A stretch of DNA of 64,000 bases, from the IMG/VR virus record IMGVR_UViG_3300029920_000005, one strand, 5' to 3'. The notes below the pieces were generated by a model. That model was given only the letters and a program-made list of their open reading frames with translations. It did not search any database and was not told where the DNA came from. Positions 46,407 through 56,333 of this stretch are shown one piece after another; within the stretch, counting starts at the first letter, position 1, and every line of letters starts with the position of its first letter. Source of the stretch: an uncultured virus (IMG/VR IMGVR_UViG_3300029920_000005) (lineage: Duplodnaviria; Heunggongvirae; Uroviricota; Caudoviricetes). Position numbers and translations under genes: made by a program.

Positions 46407-48938
46407 ATGACAATTGGCGGCGGACTCAAGGGCGCTGCCTACTGCAACGCCGTCACCTATTCTGCCGTCTCAGAGCCGCAATCTGCGGGCTATACGGGCT
46501 CGCTGGCCTACGAAGTTCAGATCGTTCCGGCTATGGCGGGTGGCGCGGCATTTTGTAATGCGGTTGCCTATTCGGCGGTTCATGAGGCGCTGTCAGCCGG
46601 ATACGTCGGGTCGTTTGGACCCCATCCTACTGCCTCGGCGTTACAGGTGTCGTCCAGTGTCGTGGCAACGCCAGTCGCGATGGCGGTTTCCGCGTCGTCT
46701 CTGGGAGGACTACTTTCCAGCGGCTCCGGCGCATCTTTGTTTTCGACAGCATTCTCCGCGTCGCTTGGCGCGCTGTCAGCGGCCACTACTGTCACATCAA
46801 AAGATGTGGTTGTCGTCACATCGTCTGACGGCCTGCTGACTATTGGTGGCGGATCACAAAGTCAGACTGTGGCAGCTGCCGGCACCCTGAGCGGCTTGTC
46901 GATCATCTGTTCCGCCGTCCGTACCGAATCTGCGGCGGCTGCTATCTTGCTGGGTGGGCTGTCGTCAGCCGTGCAGGCTGCGCAATCTGATTTATCTACC
47001 GCATCCAGCAGTGCAGGACCGCTGTCCTCGCCCATCTCAGCGACGGATCAAGCGAAAAGCGCGGCAGTCACTGCATCCCTGGGCGCGCTGTCGTCGGCCG
47101 TCACGGCGGTTGAGTTGGCAGCGACTGCAACGTCCGCATCGCTCGGCGCGCCGTCAGCCGGGGGGCAGGCAGCTCAATCGGAGGCTGCTGCAGCGTCGAG
47201 CGTGGGCGGTTCGCTATCGGCCCCATTCACAGCCTCGCCGCAACAGGCCGGCGTGGCGGCATGCGCACTGGGCGGGCTTTCGTCGTCAGCAACGACAGTC
47301 GAGACTCGATCTGAATCCGAGGCCTCTACGCTCGGTGGGTTGACGGCAGTGGTTGTCGCAACAACCGGGGTTTCGACGGCCGGTGCATCGGCTACGGGGC
47401 CGCTATCTTCGGGCTGCGTTGGCGCTCAGGCTTTGAGTGCATCTGGTACTGACGCGCTCGGCGGGCTGTCGATTTCCGCGTCAGCAGTCATGTCGGAATC
47501 CTGCATTGCCGCTGGCGGCCTTGGCAGCCTGTCAGTAAGCGCCCAAGCGACGCAGTCTGATGCCGCGTCAGTCGCAACCGCTGCTGGCGCTCTATCAACA
47601 GCCGGCGCTGGCGCAGAAATCCGGGCGGCGGTTATCGGCGGCGCTGTCGGCGGGTTGGTTTCCGTCGCCACTGCTACTCAGCCCGGATCTGCGGGCGCGT
47701 CCAGTGCCGCTGGCGGCCTGTCGTGTGCCATCGCGGCTGCGCAGTCATCTGGCGCGGTGGCATCGGGTGCCATCGGGCCGACATCCGGTACCGCAGGTGC
47801 AGCTGAATCGCTATTGGCGGCAGCGGTCAGTCAGATGGGCGCGCTATCTGCGCCATCATCGGTCGTGCGGCAGTCGAGTGCCGCTGCCAATGCCAGCTTG
47901 CCGTCGCTATCGACCAGCGCTTCGGCGGTGGAAGTAGCCGCTGTTTCGGCGGCACTCGGCGCGCAGCAGTCTGGATCTGTAGCGCAGCAGGGGGAAGCTG
48001 CTCTTGTAACGGCATCGCTCGGCTCAATCGGGTCATCTGCCTCAGTGTCGCGACAGGGTGCTGTTGCTGCCGCGCCGCAACTTGGATCGCTGTCGGCCGC
48101 TATCGCTGCAGTAGTGGGCGCGGACACGGGCAATGCCTCATCTGCGATCACATTGCAATCCAGCGGCACCGTTGTCGCAAAAGCGACGGCAGCATCGGGC
48201 GTCGCGCTAACGCTGCTCGCGCAGGGGCGGGCCAGCCAATCAGCGATGGCCTCGGGCTTTGGCGCGCTCGGCGACGTCGAAGGCGGCCAGGCGCAGATGA
48301 TGCTGACCATCATTGCCTCCGGCGTGCTTGCTGCGTTTTCGTCCAGCGCCTCTGCGGCATTCTGCTACCCGCCTGACGCGAGCTTTTATACCCAGATCCC
48401 GGTGCGCAGCTTCTACGCCCCAGCGGAGGCCCGGCCGTTTTACGCCGCAATTTCAGCTCGGTCATTTTATGCGGAGGCGTCAGTGAGGTCGTTCTATTCG
48501 GCGCTGCCGGCGCGCAGCTTCTATATGCCAGTTTGGGCGAGGGCTTTTTATGCCACGGTCCCGATCAGAAATTTTTATGCAGGAATTGGACCCATGACGA
48601 CGATGATGAGCCAGAAAGACCCTGGCGAGACCTTTGTACTGACGTTCGACGCCACAGCAGGCCTCGCGCCTGGCGAGATACTGACCGCCATTACATCAAC
48701 CACAATCAGTGCTCAGATTGGAGTCGACCCCGGCCCTGTTTTGACTTTGTCCGGAGCCACAATCAACCCGACTGCGCTGACCGTCGCCGGCAATAGCATT
48801 GCCATTGGTGCGGCAGTGCAGGTTGTCGCATCGGGAGGGCTGACTGGCTGCCATTACCTGATTTCTATCACCGTACAGACGAGCAATCCTGACAAAGTGC
48901 TGGTGCTGAAAGCACTGCTACCGGTCCTATCGACCTGA
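46407..48938 (+). CDS. Ala/Ser/Gly-rich repetitive fibre-like protein
   Basis: 843 aa; periodic LGxLS repeats, eight 9-aa xFY repeats, terminal KDPGE..TFD domain. Confidence 0.75.
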   Translation: MTIGGGLKGAAYCNAVTYSAVSEPQSAGYTGSLAYEVQIVPAMAGGAAFCNAVAYSAVHEALSAGYVGSFGPHPTASALQVSSSVVATPVAMAVSASSLGGLLSSGSGASLFSTAFSASLGALSAATTVTSKDVVVVTSSDGLLTIGGGSQSQTVAAAGTLSGLSIICSAVRTESAAAAILLGGLSSAVQAAQSDLSTASSSAGPLSSPISATDQAKSAAVTASLGALSSAVTAVELAATATSASLGAPSAGGQAAQSEAAAASSVGGSLSAPFTASPQQAGVAACALGGLSSSATTVETRSESEASTLGGLTAVVVATTGVSTAGASATGPLSSGCVGAQALSASGTDALGGLSISASAVMSESCIAAGGLGSLSVSAQATQSDAASVATAAGALSTAGAGAEIRAAVIGGAVGGLVSVATATQPGSAGASSAAGGLSCAIAAAQSSGAVASGAIGPTSGTAGAAESLLAAAVSQMGALSAPSSVVRQSSAAANASLPSLSTSASAVEVAAVSAALGAQQSGSVAQQGEAALVTASLGSIGSSASVSRQGAVAAAPQLGSLSAAIAAVVGADTGNASSAITLQSSGTVVAKATAASGVALTLLAQGRASQSAMASGFGALGDVEGGQAQMMLTIIASGVLAAFSSSASAAFCYPPDASFYTQIPVRSFYAPAEARPFYAAISARSFYAEASVRSFYSALPARSFYMPVWARAFYATVPIRNFYAGIGPMTTMMSQKDPGETFVLTFDATAGLAPGEILTAITSTTISAQIGVDPGPVLTLSGATINPTALTVAGNSIAIGAAVQVVASGGLTGCHYLISITVQTSNPDKVLVLKALLPVLST

Positions 48939-49021
48939 CGTAAATCAAGCCAATTCAACCGCCTCCGGGCGGTTTTTCATTTCTACGGCCGCCAATAGGC
49001 GGTTTTTTATTTGGGGATTAC

Positions 49022-50959
49022 ATGAGACGGATCGAAACCTCGGTCGGGCAGCAAATTTATGAGTGGATGTGGTCTGCGCAAGCCCAGTACACCATGACCG
49101 CCATTGCCAAGGCGTGCGCGGCATTGTTTGGCACGAGCGAAACCGTAGTTAATGGCTTGACCTGCTCTGCGACCAGCCCCGCAACAATGACCGTGCAGAT
49201 TGGTGCTGGCGAGATCTACCAGATAGAGCCGATCGAGGCGACCGCCTGTGGTACGTTGCCGCAAAACACGGCTTACAGCATCCTGAAACAGGGCATCCAG
49301 CTCGGCACGTACACGACCTCGACGCTCGCCACCCCTGGCACCTCTGGCCAGTCGATCAATTATTTGATCGAAGCGCAGTACCAAGATCAGGATTTGAGTC
49401 TTGACCCGACGACCGGCAATAGCCCTGTCGTGCTGCAGTTCTACGACGCCGCGACCCCGTCCTCGCCCTGGTCCGGCCCGAATAATGCCGGCACATCGAG
49501 CAATACCTTTCGCGACGGTATCGTTGCATACCAGGTTAAGGCCGGCGTTGCCGCCGCTTCCGGCTCGCAAGTCACGCCGACCCCGGACACCGGCTATGTC
49601 GGCCTGTGGGTCGTTACTGTGCCATACGGCGCCACATCGCTGACCAGCGCCAATATCGCGCAATACGCCGGCGCCCCGATCCTGCAAGACAGCGTGCTGC
49701 AGATGCTCCTGAAGGGCAATGGCAATTACGCCGTCGATGCCGGTGTCGCAAACGCGTATGTCGTTACTCCGACCGGCCCGGTGCCGGATGCATTGACCGA
49801 CGGGCTGGAAGTGTCGTTCTATGCTGCGCACCCGAACACCACGGCCAGCACGCTGAACGCATGGGGTTCCGGCGCCAAGCCGCTGACCGGCATGGCCGGG
49901 GCTCTGCAGGGGGGTGAGATCGTCACCGGCATGTACCGAGCCAAATATTCGACTGCGACTGGCGGCTTCCAGTTGATCGGGCAGGGTGCAGGCGCCCTGC
50001 AGGTCGCCCCCGCCACCCAGTCCGAGCACGCCGTGCAGATGGGACAGATTCAGGCGCAGGCCGGCACGGCTTTCACGTCAGCTGGTACGGCGCCGGCATA
50101 TACGATTACGCCGACCCCTGCCGTTACCAACACCGCGCCAACCCGGCTGCGCGTTAAATTCCCATCGGCCGGCACGACGGGCAGTAATACGCTGGCGGCA
50201 TCCGGGCAATCAGCGTTACCGCTGATGCAGTACGCGCCCGGCGGGACATTGATCCCCGCCACTATCACCGCAGGCCTGTTGAGCGATTGCGAATGCGATG
50301 GTACGCATTGGATTGTGCTGGATCCCGTATCTGCGCCGGGCGGGTTTAGCGGGTACGGGACAATCTCTGCGTCGCGGTCGCTGACCGTCTCAGACATTGG
50401 CCAGGCGCTTTTCGCCAGCGCAAATAACTGCACGCTCACACTGCCAACGCCGACGAGCTTGGGCGTGGTCAGTGGCGCGGCAGTCCTAATTTTTACAGAT
50501 GGCGAAACGGGAACCGTTGTCACTGCCGGGTCTGGGGTAACCCTGAACGGCCCTGGCGGGGCGTCCAGCTCCATCACAATGAATAGCGGCCAATCCATGA
50601 CGATTGTCGCGGTCGGGACGACTACATGGCAGGTCGTCAGCTCAACCGCCTCGCTAGGGGCAAACGGAGATTTTGGCTCGTCGCTCGGCGGAGCCGGATA
50701 CCAGAAGCTTCCGGGCGGGCTGATTATTCAGTGGGGCTATGTGACGACAAATAGCTCAGGTGTTGCCACTTTTACACATCCAATTGCTTTCCCGAATAAC
50801 AATTTCCGCGTCTTTGTTACGTATCAATCCGGAATATTGACGGCAAATTTTGTCAACGGCGGGGGTGGAACGCTGACGGCGTCTACTGCATGCGTATCCA
50901 ATGTATCGAATGCTGCAGTAAGTGGTGCGGTCGTAAACTTTTTTGTTATTGGAGACTAA
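49022..50959 (+). CDS. Tail fibre protein
   Basis: YAVDAGVANAY, APATQSEHAVQMGQ, GYQKLPGGLIIQWG. Confidence 0.9.
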   Translation: MRRIETSVGQQIYEWMWSAQAQYTMTAIAKACAALFGTSETVVNGLTCSATSPATMTVQIGAGEIYQIEPIEATACGTLPQNTAYSILKQGIQLGTYTTSTLATPGTSGQSINYLIEAQYQDQDLSLDPTTGNSPVVLQFYDAATPSSPWSGPNNAGTSSNTFRDGIVAYQVKAGVAAASGSQVTPTPDTGYVGLWVVTVPYGATSLTSANIAQYAGAPILQDSVLQMLLKGNGNYAVDAGVANAYVVTPTGPVPDALTDGLEVSFYAAHPNTTASTLNAWGSGAKPLTGMAGALQGGEIVTGMYRAKYSTATGGFQLIGQGAGALQVAPATQSEHAVQMGQIQAQAGTAFTSAGTAPAYTITPTPAVTNTAPTRLRVKFPSAGTTGSNTLAASGQSALPLMQYAPGGTLIPATITAGLLSDCECDGTHWIVLDPVSAPGGFSGYGTISASRSLTVSDIGQALFASANNCTLTLPTPTSLGVVSGAAVLIFTDGETGTVVTAGSGVTLNGPGGASSSITMNSGQSMTIVAVGTTTWQVVSSTASLGANGDFGSSLGGAGYQKLPGGLIIQWGYVTTNSSGVATFTHPIAFPNNNFRVFVTYQSGILTANFVNGGGGTLTASTACVSNVSNAAVSGAVVNFFVIGD

Positions 50960-50961
50960 TT

Positions 50962-51519
50962 ATGGGACAAAAATTCGCAGCATACGACGCAAATGGCAAT
51001 GTGACCGCGTTTTACGACAGCACCGACAGCCCGGTCCCGGCCGGTGTCAACGCAATTGAGATCACTGATACGCAGTGGCAGACGTGCCTGAATCAGGCAG
51101 GCTGGACGGTGGTCAGCGGGGTGTTGGTTGCGCCTCCCGCTCCAACGGCGGCTCAGTTACTCGCGCAAGCGCAGGTCGCGCAAATCACGAAATTGACCGC
51201 AGCATACGAAGCCGCAATCACCGCTCCGGTCAGTTATACGACGGTCGGCGGCGCGACCGCGACATTCACACAATCTGCGACGAATACGCAGAATTTGCAG
51301 AACGCCTTGGTCGCCAGCGCGAAATCGCAGTCGTGGCCGCTTAATCTATGGCTCAATTCCAGCGGTCAGCCGGTAACGCCGTTCACCTATGCGGACCTGC
51401 AGGGCCTTGCAGCGGCAATGGAGGCTGCAGATACGCCGGAATACATGGATTTACTGACGAAAGTGGCTGCAGTGAACGCTGCGACCACGGTCGCGGCAGT
51501 GCAGTCCGTGACGTTCTGA
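50962..51519 (+). CDS. Tail fibre assembly protein (DUF4376-like)
   Basis: AIEITDTQWQ...APPAPT; AATTVAAVQSVTF end. Confidence 0.8.
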   Translation: MGQKFAAYDANGNVTAFYDSTDSPVPAGVNAIEITDTQWQTCLNQAGWTVVSGVLVAPPAPTAAQLLAQAQVAQITKLTAAYEAAITAPVSYTTVGGATATFTQSATNTQNLQNALVASAKSQSWPLNLWLNSSGQPVTPFTYADLQGLAAAMEAADTPEYMDLLTKVAAVNAATTVAAVQSVTF

Positions 51520-51586
51520 TCAGACATCCCAGCAGCAAACAATAACCCGCCGCGAGCGGGATTTTTTATGACAGAAATGAGGCGAA

Positions 51587-51832
51587 ATGACAATCACCGA
51601 GGTGCTTCTGTCCATCATGAGCGGGCTGCTGTCGATCCTGCTGGCTGCCATTGGCTGGTGGCTGGTCAACCTGCATGACAAGCACGAAAGGTTGCGCGCA
51701 GCGCACGAGGAATTGCGTGTCGAGGTAGCGGGCCAGTTCTTGAAAAAGGATGAGATCCGGGAGATGTTCAGTGAATTTAAGCGCGACCTCACGGAATTAA
51801 TTGAGCGCGCAACTGGAAAGGGAAGGGAATGA
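51587..51832 (+). CDS. Holin/antiholin-like single-TM protein
   Basis: N-terminal TM, overlaps the endolysin start. Confidence 0.6.
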   Translation: MTITEVLLSIMSGLLSILLAAIGWWLVNLHDKHERLRAAHEELRVEVAGQFLKKDEIREMFSEFKRDLTELIERATGKGRE

Positions 51833-52293
51833 ACCAGACATTACTTGAAGCTGAATTGCGCAGGGACGAGGGTGTGCGTTACACGATCTATCTGGACACG
51901 GCCACGCCACCTCGGCGGACCGTAGGGGTTGGCCACAACATCGACGCAAAGCCACTGCCGGCCGGCTGGACCTGTCCGCTGACTGATGCGCAGGTCGACC
52001 AGTTGCTGGCCGAGGATCTGCAGTCTGTTTTCGCTGGCCTTGATGCGCATCTGCCATGGTGGCGCCAGCTTGACGATGTGCGCTCGCGCGTCATCGCGAA
52101 CATGGCGTTCAACATGGGTACCGGCGCGCTACTTGGGTTCCCGCATGCGCTCGCTTGCATGCAGTCCGGCGACTATTCAGGGGCCGCTGCGCAGATGGAA
52201 GCTAGCGCCTGGTATCGCGAAGTTGGCGCGCGCGCCGTGCGTCTGTGCCAGGCCATGGCCACCGGCGTGATGCCGGACGAGCCAGCCGTCTAA
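51829..52293 (+). CDS. Endolysin (GH24, T4-lysozyme-like)
   Basis: DEG...YLDT...TVGVGHN, NMAFNMG, SAWYREVGARA. Confidence 0.92.
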   Translation: MNQTLLEAELRRDEGVRYTIYLDTATPPRRTVGVGHNIDAKPLPAGWTCPLTDAQVDQLLAEDLQSVFAGLDAHLPWWRQLDDVRSRVIANMAFNMGTGALLGFPHALACMQSGDYSGAAAQMEASAWYREVGARAVRLCQAMATGVMPDEPAV

Positions 52294-52318
52294 ACACATA
52301 ATTTAATGTGTAAAACAC

Positions 52319-52340
52319 ACCCGCTTCGGCGGGTTTTTTC
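52319..52340 (+). terminator. Intrinsic terminator after the endolysin
   Basis: ACCCGCTTCGGCGGGTTTTTT. Confidence 0.7.
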
Positions 52341-52355
52341 GTTTGTGGAGCCAAT

Positions 52356-52958
52356 ATGCCCGAATCCCTGCAGTCTTTTGACCTGGTCGACCTTGCGCAG
52401 TATACGAAAGAGGGCGCGTACTCGCCCACTGCCTCGAAGGACTTTCACTTGTTCTATGTTGGGCGTGATGACGTCCATGACATCCTGAAGCACGTTCTGT
52501 CCCGCGTCACCGTGAGCCTGTACCTCAACATGTTCGGCTACGACGATGACGAGCTGAACGAAATCATTATGGGCATCGTCCACGACCCGTCGATCACCTG
52601 CGTCATCACCCTGGACAAGTCCCAGGCCGGTGGCGTGCACGAAAAGCGTTTACTGGACTCCGACGCCGCGCGCGACCCGGTGGGCTTCAACACGCACTTT
52701 GTCATCGGCAATTCCGCAACCCATCAGATCAGCCACACCAAGGGCTTTGTTGCTGACGGCAAGGTCGGAGGCGAAGGCTCAACCAACTGGAGCAACTCCG
52801 GCGAGGGCACGTTTGTCGTCAAGGGGCAGCCTGGCGGCATCGGCTACAAGGCGCAGAACAACACTCAAACCATTTTCACCTGTCCTGATGCGCTCGCCCG
52901 GTTCCAAGCCGAACTGCTGGCAGAACACATCGCAGCACAGCGCAAAGCATCCACGTAA
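52356..52958 (+). CDS. Phospholipase D-superfamily protein (single HKD)
   Basis: HTKGFVAD plus GSTNWS. Confidence 0.88.
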   Translation: MPESLQSFDLVDLAQYTKEGAYSPTASKDFHLFYVGRDDVHDILKHVLSRVTVSLYLNMFGYDDDELNEIIMGIVHDPSITCVITLDKSQAGGVHEKRLLDSDAARDPVGFNTHFVIGNSATHQISHTKGFVADGKVGGEGSTNWSNSGEGTFVVKGQPGGIGYKAQNNTQTIFTCPDALARFQAELLAEHIAAQRKAST

Positions 52959-52967
52959 GGAGCCGAA

Positions 52968-53198
52968 ATGCCTAAATTCGATCAGAAGTTCATCGGGGCC
53001 GCGCTGATTCTCGCCGCCTGGTATGCGCTGGTGCTGCAGGGGTTGGCGCCGGTAACGCAGTTCATCGACACACTGCAGGTGGCGTTGGCCGGTCTGGGCG
53101 TATATCACGTCGCCAGTAATCGCCCGCCGCCCGCGACTACAGTCGCATCCGTGCAAATCTCACCCGCCCAGCAATCCACTCAGGAGTCCTCGCAATGA
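52968..53198 (+). CDS. Two-TM holin-like protein
   Basis: Two hydrophobic segments, 76 aa. Confidence 0.6.
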   Translation: MPKFDQKFIGAALILAAWYALVLQGLAPVTQFIDTLQVALAGLGVYHVASNRPPPATTVASVQISPAQQSTQESSQ

Positions 53199-53629
53199 AA
53201 AAGATCCTCACCCTGATCGTCGTCGCATTCGCCTTTTGCCTGGCTGGCTGCGCCTCGCTACCGAAAGCGGCGACCGCTCAAACCCCGGCGCAAGTCGCCG
53301 CGCAGGTCTGCCCGTCACTGCAATCGGTCGTCTCGGTGTTGTCCGTGCCGGGCGCCATCGATGCGTCCGACGCAGCCAATGTAGCCAAGGCTGCACCGGT
53401 CATCGCCTCGGTCTGCTACGCGCCTGCCGCCGCCACCGCCATCAACCTGAAGTCGTTGCAGGTCGACGCCGTGCCGGTATTGCTCAAAGCGATCCAGGCT
53501 GCGCCGAACATCTCTTCCAAGGATAAGCAGGACGCTACACTCGGCATCGCCATCGCTCAGGCCGCGATTGCGCCAGTGATCGCTCAAGCCGAGGCGTCTG
53601 CGCCGCTGACAGCGAGTGCCGCAAAATGA
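53195..53629 (+). CDS. Lipoprotein (spanin candidate)
   Basis: Signal peptide with LAGC lipobox. Confidence 0.75.
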   Translation: MKKILTLIVVAFAFCLAGCASLPKAATAQTPAQVAAQVCPSLQSVVSVLSVPGAIDASDAANVAKAAPVIASVCYAPAAATAINLKSLQVDAVPVLLKAIQAAPNISSKDKQDATLGIAIAQAAIAPVIAQAEASAPLTASAAK

Positions 53630-53748
53630 TCCACGACATCCTCATTGCAGTCGGTGGTTTCGTCGGCGGCGTCATTGCGCTGGCCGTTGTTGGTCCGCTC
53701 GTAGCTGCGCTGTTCGGCGGCTGGGTTATGTGGAGGGGTAGCAAATGA
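53626..53748 (+). CDS. Small hydrophobic peptide (40 aa)
   Basis: MIHDILIAVGGFVGGVIALAVVGPLVAALFGGWVMWRGSK; ATGA overlaps on both sides. Confidence 0.6.
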   Translation: MIHDILIAVGGFVGGVIALAVVGPLVAALFGGWVMWRGSK

Positions 53749-54542
53749 GCAAAATCCGACTCGCATTCTCGGGGTCGGGCTTCCGGTTGGGGGCGCACAT
53801 CGGCGCCCTGAAAGCCGTGCTCGATGCCGGATATGACGTGGTTGAGGTCGCGGGCACGTCCGGTGGCTCGATCTGCGCCGCATTGTTTGCCGCCGGCATG
53901 CCGATTGTCGACATGGTTGAGCTCGTCTCTACGATGGACTGGTCGCCGCTGCTGACGTTCGATCCGTGGTCCGGTCTGCGCAATGGCGGCTACTGCTCGG
54001 GCGACAAGCTGCTGGCGTTTCTGCACGGTAAAACCGGTGGCAAAACGTTCGCCGAATTGTCGATCGACCTGAAAATTATCGCGTCCGACCTGGGCGGCGA
54101 AAAGCAGGTTGTATTCAGTAAGGCAACCACGCCTGACATGCCGATTGCCCTGGCCGCGCGCGCCAGCGCGTCGATCCCGTTCGTCTACACTCCGGTCAAA
54201 TATCAAGGCATGACCCTGGTGGATGGCGGGTGCTGTGACAACCTGCCCGCCGACGCACTGACGGTCGACGCCGCGCCGCGCCTCGGCGTTTATCTCCTGT
54301 CGGACGATCCGCCGGCTCAAAGCATGGATCTGGCCACGATGGCCGGGCGGGTGATCGATTTGATGTTGGCGAGCAATGAAGATTTGCATGTCGCCAGCGC
54401 AGAAAAATCCGGCGCGCGAATCGTGCGCGTTGAAACCGCGTACGCAAACTCGCTGGATCGAAATATGCCGGCGGCGATCCGTCAGCGCCTGTTTGATGAT
54501 GGATATGCAGCGGCCGACGCGGCACTGAAAGGCATGGCATGA
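53745..54542 (+). CDS. Patatin-like phospholipase
   Basis: GSGFRLG, GTSGG, DGG catalytic motifs. Confidence 0.93.
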   Translation: MSKIRLAFSGSGFRLGAHIGALKAVLDAGYDVVEVAGTSGGSICAALFAAGMPIVDMVELVSTMDWSPLLTFDPWSGLRNGGYCSGDKLLAFLHGKTGGKTFAELSIDLKIIASDLGGEKQVVFSKATTPDMPIALAARASASIPFVYTPVKYQGMTLVDGGCCDNLPADALTVDAAPRLGVYLLSDDPPAQSMDLATMAGRVIDLMLASNEDLHVASAEKSGARIVRVETAYANSLDRNMPAAIRQRLFDDGYAAADAALKGMA

Positions 54543-54889
54543 GCAAGCTGCGCGAAGTAGCCCCGGGCTTGATGCGGTTCAAGTGTCCGGGGTGCGGTGG
54601 CTTCCATGATATCCCGGTTCGGAGCGCGTCTGAGCCTGGCTCGCAATGGATCTGGAATGGCAGTGTCGACAGGCCGACCCTGACACCGAGCGTACTGGCT
54701 CGATCCGGTCACTACATAGACCCGGGCAGTTGCTGGTGCAAGTACTACGCAGAGCATCCGGAAAAGACTCCGCATTTCAAGTGCGGAATCTGTCACTCAT
54801 TCGTCACTGACGGATATATCCAATATCTGACCGATTGCACCCACGCGCTCGCAGGCCAGACTGTAGCGCTTCCTGACATCGAGGAGTGA
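54539..54889 (+). CDS. DUF6527-like Cys-rich protein
   Basis: CPGC, WNG...PTLTPSVL, CHSFVTDG.IQYL.DCTH. Confidence 0.75.
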   Translation: MSKLREVAPGLMRFKCPGCGGFHDIPVRSASEPGSQWIWNGSVDRPTLTPSVLARSGHYIDPGSCWCKYYAEHPEKTPHFKCGICHSFVTDGYIQYLTDCTHALAGQTVALPDIEE

Positions 54890-55161
54890 ATGTGAAAAAG
54901 TACAAAATCAAAAGAATGGCCGCCACGCTGGTGCTGCTGCTGATCGGCTTCGCGGTCGGCTGGGACGTGGGCGCATGGCGCGCACCAGTGGTGCGGACGG
55001 TCATCCGGTTCGTGCAGCCACTGCCGACACCGTCGTGTCCGGTCATTAAGTCAGCGGCGACGCCGGCTAAGCATGCCCACAGGCACCATCGGCATCATCA
55101 TTGGCGCGCGGTCGCGTGCGTCAATCCGCCCGGCTCAGCGCCAGCCGTATCCCCTCGCTGA
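54886..55161 (+). CDS. Membrane-anchored small protein
   Basis: N-terminal TM, His-rich tail. Confidence 0.5.
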   Translation: MNVKKYKIKRMAATLVLLLIGFAVGWDVGAWRAPVVRTVIRFVQPLPTPSCPVIKSAATPAKHAHRHHRHHHWRAVACVNPPGSAPAVSPR

Positions 55162-55504
55162 CATTCCCGTCACCCAGGCGCTTCGCTGCCTCAAGGCTCG
55201 CGGCGTCAAGGTACACATTGACCCGCTTGCCCCCCTCCATCTCTGCTGGCCGCCCGACTGTAGGCCACTCGATTTCGTCCAGCTTGTCGCGCCAGTAGTC
55301 CGCCGTGCCGGGCGTGCGGTCAAAGCGGTGGAACGCGATCTGGCGATTGCTATAGGTCAGTACGGCGGCGAGCTTCTGCCCGTCGAGGTCGCTCCGATTG
55401 ACGAGCGCGACAAAAGCCTCGGAGGCGGCGCCTTGGTCAGCCGTAATGGTCTTCGACTCAGGCAGTACCTGCTGATCGAAGGTGCGCAAATAGACTCGAT
55501 ACAT
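55121..55504 (-). CDS. Aca-like regulator with C-terminal RHH
   Basis: GRP....GKRVNVYLD.......LGDGNVSEGIRLAL; last gene of the operon. Confidence 0.7.
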   Translation of the reverse strand: MYRVYLRTFDQQVLPESKTITADQGAASEAFVALVNRSDLDGQKLAAVLTYSNRQIAFHRFDRTPGTADYWRDKLDEIEWPTVGRPAEMEGGKRVNVYLDAASLEAAKRLGDGNVSEGIRLALSRAD

Positions 55505-55551
55505 GGCGATCTCCGGCGAAAAGCCCCGGCCTCCCGGGGCGTAATATGGTT

Positions 55552-55833
55552 TTATTTTTGAGTCGCAGCTTTTGCGAAAGCCTTCCCGTACCGGATCGCT
55601 GCGGCGGCATCAAAATTCGCGCCTCCCTCACTCAAAAATTCAAGCTGCGCTTCCAGTGCGGCCTCGTCGACCGCGTACCCGCTTTCGATTTGAGCCTCAG
55701 CCGCGTACTGCCCGGCCAGCTGCTCGGCGGTAAATTCGATGCCCTGCATGCCCTCGGTAAATGGCGCATCGTTGATCAGGTCTACTACGGCGGCAAAGCT
55801 TGCGGCGCTGCGGATCGATAGGCTGGCGTACAT
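55552..55833 (-). CDS. AcrIF6-like anti-CRISPR
   Basis: VVDLIND...EQLAGQYA.EA...LEAQLEFLSEGGANFDAAAAI resembles my recollection of AcrIF6 (IIEAINND...EIAGYYAWDA...AHLEVLEERGAKIDRDAAI). Confidence 0.7.
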   Translation of the reverse strand: MYASLSIRSAASFAAVVDLINDAPFTEGMQGIEFTAEQLAGQYAAEAQIESGYAVDEAALEAQLEFLSEGGANFDAAAAIRYGKAFAKAATQK

Positions 55834-55917
55834 GCGATTCTCCAAATTTCGTGCGGCATATGCCGCGCTGCCTGTTCGGCAGTGAAGAGGAGGCCCGGTT
55901 TCCCGGGCTGTTTTCGA

Positions 55918-56259
55918 TTATTGGGTTACTTCGGTGGCGACGATCTCGCTGGGGGCGCCAAGCTGCGCAACCATGTCGTCTTCGGACTTGTAACCAGCGT
56001 CTTGTGCTGCGATATCGCGGGCCTGTTGAGCGGTTTCGGCTTCGATCAGGCCGAAATCGCAGGCGTTTGCCGTGACCTGCCAGGTCTTCATTTGATTACC
56101 AAGAGCGACGACGCCGTCTTCGTCAACGATGCGCAGACCGCGCCAGCCCAGATTGCTTTCCAGCTCCGCCAATGCCGATTTTGCTTCTGCCAGGGTTTCG
56201 AAATCACCTTCAGCTACGGGTTCGAACTGAAAGCTGGTGCGCGATTGAATGGTGAACAT
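55918..56259 (-). CDS. Two-domain acidic protein, candidate anti-CRISPR
   Basis: First gene of the operon; its C-terminal 55 aa are 45/55 identical to the N-terminus of 23481-23819. Confidence 0.75.
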   Translation of the reverse strand: MFTIQSRTSFQFEPVAEGDFETLAEAKSALAELESNLGWRGLRIVDEDGVVALGNQMKTWQVTANACDFGLIEAETAQQARDIAAQDAGYKSEDDMVAQLGAPSEIVATEVTQ

Positions 56260-56333
56260 GATGGCGATCCTTTATCTGATCTTCCCGGAACCCGCCGGTG
56301 CGGTGGATGGTGTTGTTTGCCGTCCATGAGTTA

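Noticed and set aside
49007..51519. Invertible tail-fibre cassette
   Set aside because: No invertase, inverted repeats or alternative fibre ends seen; the 49007-50029 minus ORF is a shadow frame
53745..54542. CBASS CapV effector
   Set aside because: No cyclase (CD-NTase) or Cap2/3 nearby; the gene is translationally coupled to lysis-region genes
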